Origin: Desulfosudaceae bacterium | GTDB taxonomy: Bacteria > Desulfobacterota > Desulfobacteria > Desulfobacterales > Desulfosudaceae | Assembly: GCA_963674745.2 (NCBI GenBank) | Contig: CAXXDV010000001.1 | Coordinates: 1,184,001-1,248,000, forward strand | Length of the DNA: 64,000 bases | Direction: 5' to 3' | Shown: positions 38,855 through 48,006 of the stretch, one piece after another | How positions within the stretch are numbered: position 1 is the first letter of the stretch | Layout: every line of letters starts with the position of its first letter | Program-made: the position numbers and the translations under genes | Notes under the pieces: model-generated | Databases searched by the model: none | What the model saw: only the letters and a program-made list of their open reading frames with translations | What the model was told of the DNA's origin: nothing

Positions 38855-39277
38855 TTATTTAATACCCTGGATTCTTCCAGAATTTTGAGAATAATTATTC
38901 ATGCTATTGATTTGACAATGAGGTGCGATTGCTGTCATTGCGCCGATTCCAGCACCCAGGTGAATGATTCTGCCTTTATTGATTATTCTGTTGTTTCGAT
39001 AAAAAATTCGTCCACCATTCACAGAAGGTCGGATGTCAAGCATGCACGTCGGGTTCCTCGGTCCGGATGTAAGGATTTTGTCAAAGTTAACAATTGTATT
39101 TCCAAACACTATTGTGATGCCGTCGGCGCCTTGCACCCTAACCGGTTGTGTCAAAGTTTCTCCAACTAAACGTTCAACTTCGAGTGTTTTTTGTTCCTCT
39201 GCATACAGGTGACCAGGATTAAACAAATGAGAACTAGATATCACCAGCAACAATGCCCAGAATTTCATCATCTTCAT
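38855..39277 (-). CDS. Secreted Asn/Gly-rich protein
   Basis: Signal peptide ending LYA-E; NKGRI and NSGRI motifs. Confidence 0.6.
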   Translation of the reverse strand: MKMMKFWALLLVISSSHLFNPGHLYAEEQKTLEVERLVGETLTQPVRVQGADGITIVFGNTIVNFDKILTSGPRNPTCMLDIRPSVNGGRIFYRNNRIINKGRIIHLGAGIGAMTAIAPHCQINSMNNYSQNSGRIQGIK

Positions 39278-40397
39278 AATTGCGAACCTCCACTTCTAAA
39301 ATTTTACAATTTTTTTCCAATATATCTTTTGTTATGCAAAGCTGACCTCCCCCCATCAACAGGGATCCTTTAATTACATCCTGAAGAACCGGATCTATTG
39401 GGATGTTTGGGCATAATACTGATGAAAATTGCCTTATTGAAATTTTGTAGAAGTCATTTTTCTTTATGACGCAATTTGCGGATTTTACTCCTAAGCAAAT
39501 TTGAACGTCCTCATTAGTTAACATCAAGTTCAATGGCAATTCACCAGATTTGGTTTTGGCCTGTATGGGAATTTTGGAATTATCGCGGCCTGGAATCTCG
39601 GGGTCACACATTGCGAAGGTCTTATTTAAAAGCGCCGAGGATAAATCTCTAACAGTTGCCGCAACCAGAAAATCGCTTAAGTATTGTATGGCGGCGGTGG
39701 TATTCGCTGCCAAGCTGAAAGCATACTGGCCATTTATCAAGTTGTTACCGGTCAGATGAAAAATACTGGCTCCGGTAGCAGTTGTATACAGGCGGACGGT
39801 TAATGACGTCGTTAGCACAGTTCTTCTGGTATTGGCATCAACAACTTGGACAGATGCTGCAATATTATATGCTTTAACCTCAGCGTTTAGACCCAAAATA
39901 TAATCAACTTCCGCAATGGCTGCTTTGACATTAGTGCAACCATATATAAAGGGCACAATGACAAAATCCGGTCTGACAATATCACCCAAAACTACGTCAT
40001 GAAGGATATTTTCCTGGGTAAAACCAATATTTGGCAACGCCTGCGTTAACCCCTGTATCCCAGTTAAATTTTCGGAGTCATATAGCTCATAGCCAGCGTT
40101 AATTCTGGCGAAAGAATTTTCTACAAAGGGTTTAAGCATTGATGGGAGACAAATTCCCTCAGGATCATTTATAAGTTTGTTAGTTACAGAGGCAACAGTT
40201 ATCTTTTTTGAAAAATTTTGTTCACGCGAAAGTTGACCTGAAAGACAATCCAGCCACCCCGTAGCCGGGCTGAACGCCCCGTAAATTTCGGGATGTATGG
40301 CGGTTGGGACGGCTTTCTCTGGAATCGTTTTGATAATACTACACCCCAAGCATTGGCTAATTATCACCGCCAATATCATTAAATGTTTTTTCGCCAT
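39234..40397 (-). CDS. CsgG/HfaB-like outer-membrane lipoprotein
   Basis: CLGC lipobox; ITVASVTN, PDFVI, IAASVQVVDANTRRTVLTTS..GASIFHL..AAIQYL follow the CsgG/HfaB layout. GGAGGTG RBS before MAKK. Confidence 0.62.
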   Translation of the reverse strand: MAKKHLMILAVIISQCLGCSIIKTIPEKAVPTAIHPEIYGAFSPATGWLDCLSGQLSREQNFSKKITVASVTNKLINDPEGICLPSMLKPFVENSFARINAGYELYDSENLTGIQGLTQALPNIGFTQENILHDVVLGDIVRPDFVIVPFIYGCTNVKAAIAEVDYILGLNAEVKAYNIAASVQVVDANTRRTVLTTSLTVRLYTTATGASIFHLTGNNLINGQYAFSLAANTTAAIQYLSDFLVAATVRDLSSALLNKTFAMCDPEIPGRDNSKIPIQAKTKSGELPLNLMLTNEDVQICLGVKSANCVIKKNDFYKISIRQFSSVLCPNIPIDPVLQDVIKGSLLMGGGQLCITKDILEKNCKILEVEVRNYEDDEILGIVAGDI

Positions 40398-40466
40398 ATT
40401 CACCTCCACCTTATAGGAGAGGTGTGTGCATGGCCCTTATCAACCATACACACACCGTTTTAGTAG

Positions 40467-40778
40467 TTAATAAGCCTCTTGAGCGACGACTTGGCTTGAG
40501 GCCCCTCCGACGGTTTTCTGCGAGCCCTTAATTTCACCGGAATTTTTATAAACATTTCCGGAGCTTCTATAACTCAGCACCGCATCGAGTTGCGGGGATC
40601 GAGCCCGCTGGGCAACCACCTGATTTGCCGCACCTCCCATGGTGATCTGGTCTGCCAGGATTTTCCCGGTATTCTCAAACCGGTCGTTCTGGGTGTTTAT
40701 TTCGGCTTTATACCCAAAGGCCGTCGCGTTCGTTGTGGTGATCAGAAAAATTGCCAATACCATTAATATATTTTTCAT
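40467..40778 (-). CDS. Small secreted two-repeat protein, candidate amyloid/fibre subunit
   Basis: Signal peptide ending ATA; repeats FENTGKILADQITMGGAANQVVAQRA and YKNSGEIKGSQKTVGGASSQVVAQEA; GGAGGA RBS. Confidence 0.65.
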   Translation of the reverse strand: MKNILMVLAIFLITTTNATAFGYKAEINTQNDRFENTGKILADQITMGGAANQVVAQRARSPQLDAVLSYRSSGNVYKNSGEIKGSQKTVGGASSQVVAQEAY

Positions 40779-41310
40779 TATAATTCCTCCGTTTTGTTTG
40801 ACTCTGGTTTAAGAAAAAGTTGCATCATTAGCCTTCAACGAATTCGATTTTTTCTACCTCCCTTCTGGAATGTCCTTCACCGATTTTTCCAATATTTAGA
40901 TAATTTTTCATTCTTTGCTGATCAGGAGAATACGGACCTCCATCAGCATCATTTAGGTGATGAACCCTTAGCGCATCCTAAGCCTCCCTATGTTTTATAT
41001 TACTGGTACACCTCATTAAAAATAATCTGGCAGGAACCCAGAGACTATTCCGAGTACCAACATTGAGGTTTAATGATTGGATTTTCAAATACCATACCAA
41101 GGAGGATTGATGTGGACCGATAAAAGGAGTTAATGACAGAAAAGGAAGACAACCTATTGATAAATAGAAGATTTTGACGAAAAATATTAATTTATAATAG
41201 GATTGTTAAAGGTAAACAAATACTGAAAGGATTAAACACTATAGATAGACATTAAGCGCAAGTATCAAATTCGCTACCATAAATATCTTCTGTAGATCTC
41301 AAGTTAATAT

Positions 41311-41977
41311 GTAAGCGTCAAATTAACCCCACCCTAACAGGCCGGGGCGCTCAGAGCGGCCGGATCGAGATGCTGCGGCAGTAATTTCTTGTATCCTTCC
41401 GGGTCGCCAATTAGCGGAAGCTGTCCAAAAATATAACGCAGATATAAATAGGGTTCCAAGCCGTTTGCCTTGGCCGTCTCTATCAGGCTGTTGATAGCGG
41501 CGCTGGCGTCCGCGCCTTTGGGATGGCCGGAGAAGAGCCAGTTCTTTCGTCCCAGCACAAACTGCCGGATGGCGTTCTCCACCAGGTTGTTTTCCAGCAG
41601 CAGACGGCCGTCCTGGACACAGCAGGTCAGCCGATCCAATTAGTCCAGGGTGTAATTGATGGATTTTCCCAGAAGCTCTTGCGGCGGTGTCTGTTAGCTG
41701 CGTTTGTCCAGCCATTTCTTAAAAGAGTTCAAGATGGGCACAGCCTCAGCCTGACGAAGTTTGTATATCGCTTCACAAGAAAACTCGTCTTTTTTCACAC
41801 GGCTCGCCAGTTGATACAGCTTGCCGATAACACTTAAAGCCTTTTCAGCGCTGCCAGCCTTTTGCGATTTTCCTTTCTTCACCGGTTGCCGTGCTTTGAT
41901 CACTTCGTTGAACTTGCGGAGCGCGTGTGCCCAGCAGCCGATATGGACAATACCTTCTTTCTGGTCCAGACCGCGGT
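41311..41977 (-). pseudogene. IS66 transposase 3' remnant with one terminal IR
   Basis: GCWAHALRKF, NNLVENAIRQFVLGRKNWLF, SLIETAKANGLEP with stops and frameshifts; GTAAGCGTC end at 41311. Confidence 0.85.
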
Positions 41978-42223
41978 TATCAATTCGGGTTTAAGCAGGC
42001 CGACCAAGCCGGGAATGACGAAACCTGCTGCCAGCGGATACAGATTGGCACGCATTTTCTCAGACTTATATGAAGATGTAGTTTTTTTATAATTCATTCT
42101 TCCCTTAACTCTGCCCGAGTAAAAAATAATATAGAGTAAGTAAAACATTACATATTTATCAGTCGGAGATTTTTCTGTCAGGTGTGCTTTTTCGTCAATT
42201 TATTAATCTGGGGGTAACAATAT

Positions 42224-42572
42224 CAAGGAATATATTGACCGGTATATCAAGGAAGCTATGGCGGGAGATTACAACCGTCTTTTAACGGTCAGGGCATGGA
42301 ATATGCCGCCGTGCAATAAAATCGAAAAATACAAGATGGATGAAAAAAAGGAGTTTGACTTTATAAGTATATATCGCCCAGAAATCTGCGTGTGGAATAT
42401 TCTGCAGTGCGCCTTGCGCATGTGGAATCGGAAAATAGAACCTCATGATGTTGAGTAGATAGCGCATTACGCGGAGATGGCATTCACCCAGAGTGGCGGC
42501 TCAAAAATTACTGAATAGCCTTGAGGGTTACACATAATAAAAAGGCTCTTGATTTCGTTGGGGAGTATTTTT
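42224..42572 (+). pseudogene. Decayed direct copy of the 36699-37135 segment
   Basis: CAAGGAATATATTGACCGGTATAT is identical in both; PEICVWNIL..ALRMWN is retained; internal deletion and premature stop. Confidence 0.8.
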
Positions 42573-42835
42573 TTGTGCGGTTTATGCAAATGGTATGTTA
42601 AAGAGGTCATATAATCAAAACACCAATTAAAACAGACAGTCTGTACAAGTACATAAATCAGAATCAAAATCAGACCGGTGAACAGTTCTTGTTATTTTAA
42701 AGAACGCTTCAATGCTTATATAATGCTCTGATTAGAAAAGAATATAGTTGATCTCTCCCAAAAAGAATGATTTTATGCATTAATTTGTTTAATTCTCTAC
42801 TGAATCTAATAACGACAACAACCCTTTAATTACTA

Positions 42836-43231
42836 TTGAGGCTCAAAATCTTGAACCCAATTACTGATCGGATAAAAATTGGCACAGTCGGTGAGATTCT
42901 TGTTCAACTCCGGTTATTGGAGCACAATGTTCAGGCTGCTCCGCCCATTAAGGATTCTGGAAACGACCTTATAGCTGTCCGTGGTGAGGTTTTCAGAGCC
43001 ATCCAAGTCAAGACCCGAACGGGTGACAGTTATTCTAAAAACGACTTGCCTGATCTTTATCACGTCCTTGCGGTAGTGCATCTTGTTGCCAATGAAGACT
43101 CTTTACTTTTGGATGAATCACAAGTTTTTTTAATCCCGCGCAATAATGTTGCAGGGGCTTCTACACGCTTTGCGGATCTTGCTGAGTTCGCCGTTTCTGT
43201 CGAGCATGTTGATGCATTGTTTGAAAACTGA
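42836..43231 (+). CDS. Small PD-(D/E)xK endonuclease-like protein
   Basis: GTVGE..NDLIA..IQVKT. Confidence 0.65.
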   Translation: MRLKILNPITDRIKIGTVGEILVQLRLLEHNVQAAPPIKDSGNDLIAVRGEVFRAIQVKTRTGDSYSKNDLPDLYHVLAVVHLVANEDSLLLDESQVFLIPRNNVAGASTRFADLAEFAVSVEHVDALFEN

Positions 43232-43255
43232 AATATAGGGAGGTCCGACCAAGCG

Positions 43256-43990
43256 GTGGTTAGAATAAAAACGAAAAAAGAAAAAAGATTTGATAAGTTA
43301 AGTGACGATTTTATTTATGTTAAATGCGCATATTCTGATTTCGATATATTTCAAGGAAAAATTGGAGAAATAGTTGCCGCATATCAGCCCAGAATTCTAT
43401 CAAATAAAGTTAATGCTCTTGAAATAGGGTGTGGTTATGGCGCAACAGCTGAGGTGATTTTAAATGCAAGAGAAGATATCGAGTTATTTACTATTGATAA
43501 CGAGCCTAAAATGATTGCAAAAGCGATAAAAAAACTCTCTCCATTTAGAAGAGATAAACGGGATTTTAAAGTTATTGAGGCCGATGCTTTAGACTATATC
43601 GGACAACTTGATGATATGAATGTGGATATTGTAGCTTCTGTTTTAACACTACATAATTTTAAAAAATCTTACAGAAATCCTCTTTTAAAAGAAATCTATC
43701 GGGTTTTAAAAGATGGTGGTGTCTTTGTTAATGCAGATAAATATGCTTTAAATGGAGCACAGCAGAATAAAACTCTTTATTCGGAAATAGAAAAATATTT
43801 TGATACATTTATACCCTTAAAAAAATATGAAACTTTAAGAGAGTGGGTATTACATCATATTGAAGACCAAGCACCCTCAAGAGTAATGCATGAAAAAAGC
43901 TCAATTATAAATCTTAATAAGATAGGCTTCAAAAAACCTCAAATAATTTACCGCAACAATATGATAGCCGTTCTTGTGGCTAAAAAATAA
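43256..43990 (+). CDS. Class I SAM-dependent methyltransferase (CmoA-like)
   Basis: LEIGCGYG, IDNEPKMI, LTLHN, LKDGGVFVNAD. Confidence 0.88.
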   Translation: MVRIKTKKEKRFDKLSDDFIYVKCAYSDFDIFQGKIGEIVAAYQPRILSNKVNALEIGCGYGATAEVILNAREDIELFTIDNEPKMIAKAIKKLSPFRRDKRDFKVIEADALDYIGQLDDMNVDIVASVLTLHNFKKSYRNPLLKEIYRVLKDGGVFVNADKYALNGAQQNKTLYSEIEKYFDTFIPLKKYETLREWVLHHIEDQAPSRVMHEKSSIINLNKIGFKKPQIIYRNNMIAVLVAKK

Positions 43991-44358
43991 AATATTTTGT
44001 TTTCGTGATATATGTTTGATATTATGGGTATCAAATTTGACATTAGTGATACCCAAAAATAGAATTATGGTTTTAGTTTGTTGCTGACCAATAATCACAA
44101 GGAAACTGTTCGTTTCAATATAATATTCTGAAATATTTAAACAAAAAGAATATAATTGCTTAAGGCAATAAGACGGCATATATATTGCTTTATAAATAAA
44201 GAGCTAAGCACCAAAATTCCTGTCCTCGCAAAAAAAATGCGGGGAATTACAGGATTGTTGCGTAGCCTTACGGGTTGCCACAATACATTTTCGCAAAAGA
44301 CATGATGGTTTGGCCCTGCACAAGCTACAGGAATTAACGAGTTAAAGGAGATATAATA

Positions 44359-45261
44359 ATGAAGCATTTCAAAGCTAACACACCTAAACTATTATTTTTA
44401 TGCCTCGTAATTATTGTTTCAATTGGGGTTATGGGAGGCTGTGAGCAACTGGGAATAACCGGTAAATTAACCGAAAAAAACGTTGCGAAGGAAACAACCT
44501 ATGACAAAATTATGAAAGCGGGAAAAATTCGAGTTGGATACGTAAGTGTTCCTCCTGCTTGTATTGTTGATCCTGCATCAGGAAATATTTCAGGTATAAC
44601 GGTTGATATTCTCAGAAAAATAGCAAAAGATACAGGACTTGGGATTGAGTTCACCGAGGAAGTCGGCTGGGGAACAATGATCCAGGGGTTAGATGCTGGT
44701 CGCTATGATATTGTCGGCTCAACATCCTGGGCTAATCCTGTACGAGGTAAATTAACGGCTCTTTCTAAACCAATATTTTACAGTGGTATAGGCATCTGGG
44801 TTCGTTCGGATGATAACAGATTTAAAGAAGGTAACAGTTGGGCATCTGTTAACGTGCCTGAAGCGCGACTTGGCGTGATGGATGGTTCAACCGGCGAAGT
44901 AATTGCCAGCACACAATTTCCTAATTCAAAACATGTTACATATACTGATTTAACCGGTGAACCACAACTTTTCCTAGAACTTATCGCTAATAAAGTTGAT
45001 GTCGTATTTGCCGAACCTGTACAGGGTTTGGATTTTCTAAAAAACAATCCGGGTAAAATCAAAAATATAGCAGCGAATTCACCGATTCGTATTTTTGCGA
45101 ATGTATACTTGATGCCGAAGGATGAATTTCAATTCAAAGGTATGATAGACGTAGCTCTTGAAGGCCTTCAAAATAGTGGATTCGTTGATCAGATTTTAAA
45201 AAAGTACGAACCAGGTCCCAATGTGTATTACAGGGTAGCGCGTCCTTACAGAACGAATTGA
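44359..45261 (+). CDS. Polar amino acid ABC transporter substrate-binding lipoprotein
   Basis: MGGC lipobox; GKIRVG, GITVDI, WGTMIQGLDAGRYD. Confidence 0.88.
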   Translation: MKHFKANTPKLLFLCLVIIVSIGVMGGCEQLGITGKLTEKNVAKETTYDKIMKAGKIRVGYVSVPPACIVDPASGNISGITVDILRKIAKDTGLGIEFTEEVGWGTMIQGLDAGRYDIVGSTSWANPVRGKLTALSKPIFYSGIGIWVRSDDNRFKEGNSWASVNVPEARLGVMDGSTGEVIASTQFPNSKHVTYTDLTGEPQLFLELIANKVDVVFAEPVQGLDFLKNNPGKIKNIAANSPIRIFANVYLMPKDEFQFKGMIDVALEGLQNSGFVDQILKKYEPGPNVYYRVARPYRTN

Positions 45262-45305
45262 AACCTGAGCTAAACACAATATGAAAAATTGTATGGAGGC
45301 CTGAA

Positions 45306-46544
45306 TTGAACATACATGAATATATAGCCCAAAAAATTATTGAGGATATTCGTCTCAATAATGGTTTTGATGAGGAATTTATTTTAGAAATTGATAAGCC
45401 GCCATGGATAGAGGAAATCCGAAAAAAAATAAAAAGTAGTGATTTTGAAAAAATTACTAAGCTTGTCCATTCAAGTAACAAGAAAATTATGTCTTTTGGT
45501 ATTAATCTTTTGAAAGAGATTAGAGACACAGAACCAGTTAAAAGATTATTGTTCAATATTTGGGATACTTCACAAGATTATCATGTAAGATCCAAGTTAA
45601 CGTATAGGCTGACGGACTATGCTGACTTAGATATCTCAATGCATGAAAACATTTATGCATTTATAAAACACAACTGGGACACATGGATTGCCGAAGTGAC
45701 AAGATATTTTGGTGGTGCTGATAATGTTCTTAAAGAAGTCGTTGAAACACGGATTAAAAATGGAAAACCTCCTGAATCAAAACTCTGGCTACGCCTATGT
45801 CAATGCATGGCTGCATCCAATAAAAAAGAAGTAGAAAGAATTATTACAGAATATGAAAATTCCGAGCAGCCGCTTGTCAAAAAAGTTTCAAATGATTTAA
45901 AACAAAAATTAGAGGATGAAATAATCGAATTTAAAGCAGAAAAAGCCACAGAGGACATTCGTCATGCTCATGATATTGATGAAGAGGATATAATTGAATT
46001 AGCCCAATACCCTATAGTTAATCACATAAGAAGGAAAGTGAGAGAACAAGATATTGAACTTATCATTAAAAATTTTGTAGAATCTGGAAATGACAATCTC
46101 GTAAAGTTTGGGATTAGTATACTCCGCGAGCAGAGGAATAACAATAATGTTAAGGCATTCTTTTTCAAGTTATGGAACCAGAACGGTGATTACACAAAAA
46201 AATTCAAAGCCATGTTTAGGTTGTTGGACTATCCTGATTTGGATATAACTATACATGAGAGCATGTATGATTTTGTTAAGAGGGACTGGGACAGATTTCT
46301 TCAAGGAATTATTGAGCATTTTGGAGGGACTGAAGAAATTCAAGAAAAAATAATTGGACGGATCAATAATAAAGATTTCCCCGAGACAAAACTGTGGGTG
46401 CGCCTTTGCCAATGCATGGCGATTCCTGACAAAGATCAAGCAGAAATAATTATTGATCAATATGCAGACTCAACCGCCCCGCTTGTTTCAAAGGTTGTAA
46501 AAGATTTGAAACAAAAGCTGAAAAATTCCAAAATTAATGCTTGA
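45306..46544 (+). CDS. Alpha-helical protein made of two ~200-aa tandem repeats
   Basis: RLxDYxDLDI, FGG, PExKLWxRLCQCMA and PLVxKVxxDLKQKL each occur twice. Confidence 0.75.
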   Translation: MNIHEYIAQKIIEDIRLNNGFDEEFILEIDKPPWIEEIRKKIKSSDFEKITKLVHSSNKKIMSFGINLLKEIRDTEPVKRLLFNIWDTSQDYHVRSKLTYRLTDYADLDISMHENIYAFIKHNWDTWIAEVTRYFGGADNVLKEVVETRIKNGKPPESKLWLRLCQCMAASNKKEVERIITEYENSEQPLVKKVSNDLKQKLEDEIIEFKAEKATEDIRHAHDIDEEDIIELAQYPIVNHIRRKVREQDIELIIKNFVESGNDNLVKFGISILREQRNNNNVKAFFFKLWNQNGDYTKKFKAMFRLLDYPDLDITIHESMYDFVKRDWDRFLQGIIEHFGGTEEIQEKIIGRINNKDFPETKLWVRLCQCMAIPDKDQAEIIIDQYADSTAPLVSKVVKDLKQKLKNSKINA

Positions 46545-46577
46545 ATTTCATTTTTTTACATAAGTTGAGTTAACTCA

Positions 46578-47240
46578 TTGAGTACAATTCAGATTTTTCA
46601 ACAATATAGTGGCAGCATGCTGCGGGGGCTCCAGGTAACCCTTTACCTCTGCCTGATTATCTGGTCCTCAGGCATTGTCATTGGATCATTATTAGGCACT
46701 GCAGGAGCACGGTGGAGATTTATTGCCATACCGTCGAAAGTATTTTCAATTATTTTGGCTGGTGTTCCTGCGCTGGTTTTTTTGTTTTGGATGCATTATC
46801 CGTTTCAGACCCTGCTTAATATTGTTATTGATCCGTTTATCACTGCGGCTGTTTCGCTTTCAATTATTAATATATTTTTAGTATCTGATCTTGTCAGAGG
46901 CGTTATTAACGATTTTCCGACTCAGTATGTGTGGGCGGCAAAGGCCTGTGGACTATCCGAGAGTGAAATAAACCTGCATATTAAATTGCCAATTATTCTT
47001 CGGCAAGTCATTCCCGGTCTCTTAATAATTCAAATTACGATGCTCCAAGCCACTTTGTTTGCCAGCCTGATTTCCGTTGATGAAATTTTTCGAATCGCCC
47101 AGAGGATAAATTCTCAAGTTTACAGACCGGTTCCTATTTATACAATGCTTGCATTATTTTTTGTTTGTGTTTGTGTCCCTTTATTCGGTTTGGCACATTA
47201 TCTCCGCAAGCGATTTACAAGAGATTTGTCAGAGAGATAA
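46578..47240 (+). CDS. Amino acid ABC transporter permease
   Basis: GLQVTL, GVPALV, AAKACGLS (EAA loop), ASLISV. Confidence 0.85.
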   Translation: MSTIQIFQQYSGSMLRGLQVTLYLCLIIWSSGIVIGSLLGTAGARWRFIAIPSKVFSIILAGVPALVFLFWMHYPFQTLLNIVIDPFITAAVSLSIINIFLVSDLVRGVINDFPTQYVWAAKACGLSESEINLHIKLPIILRQVIPGLLIIQITMLQATLFASLISVDEIFRIAQRINSQVYRPVPIYTMLALFFVCVCVPLFGLAHYLRKRFTRDLSER

Positions 47241-47987
47241 ATGAATTCAGATACTCAAAAGTTACGCGCAACCGAAATAACCAAATCATATGGGAAGGTT
47301 CAGGTTTTAAAGGATATTAATTTAGATATTACTCCTGGCACGATTACCACATTAATTGGACCCAGCGGTAGCGGGAAAAGTACGCTTTTAAGAGCCTTCT
47401 CACTGCTTGACCCACCGGATAATGGGACAATCTCCTTTAGCGGGACGAATTATGTGTTTGTCAACGGTAAAGGTGATGTCGCCCCCTCACCATGGCCGGA
47501 TATTACAGTTGTTTTTCAGCAGCTTTTCCTATGGCCCCATATGACGCTTCGACAAAATATTATGCTTCCACTTAAAAAAAGAGGTATAAAAAAAAATGAC
47601 CGGGTAATCTGTGAATTGATTGATCAGCTGGAGATGTCTTCGTTTGCCGACCGTTATCCGAACGAGGTGTCTATCGGTCAACGACAACTTGCAGCAATTG
47701 CAAGGGCGTTAGCATTGAAACCCAAATTCCTTCTTCTTGATGAAATAACATCAGCCCTTGATGTTGAGTATGTTAGTACGATACTAGAAAAATTAAATCA
47801 GTTAAAGAGTGAGGGTATCGGCATCCTCCTGATAACACATATTATCGGTTTTGCCAAAAGAAGTGCTGATCAGGTAGTCTTTTTAGACAAAGGGGAAATA
47901 GTGGAGTCAGGTGGAACAGAGATATTGACAAAACCGGAAAGTGATCGAATGAAAGAGTTTTTATCCCTTATGATTTCTGCGCATTAA
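47241..47987 (+). CDS. Amino acid ABC transporter ATPase
   Basis: GPSGSGKST, SIGQRQ, LLLDEITSALD, ITH. Confidence 0.92.
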   Translation: MNSDTQKLRATEITKSYGKVQVLKDINLDITPGTITTLIGPSGSGKSTLLRAFSLLDPPDNGTISFSGTNYVFVNGKGDVAPSPWPDITVVFQQLFLWPHMTLRQNIMLPLKKRGIKKNDRVICELIDQLEMSSFADRYPNEVSIGQRQLAAIARALALKPKFLLLDEITSALDVEYVSTILEKLNQLKSEGIGILLITHIIGFAKRSADQVVFLDKGEIVESGGTEILTKPESDRMKEFLSLMISAH

Positions 47988-48006
47988 TACTTGATGAAGG
48001 TTTTGA

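Noticed and set aside
40794..41066. 90-aa plus-strand ORF upstream of the secreted cassette
   Set aside because: No RBS or motif; lies in the probable promoter region of the divergent operon
44311..44326. GG-N10-GC sigma54-like site before the ABC binding protein gene
   Set aside because: Lacks the conserved TT before GC; too weak to support
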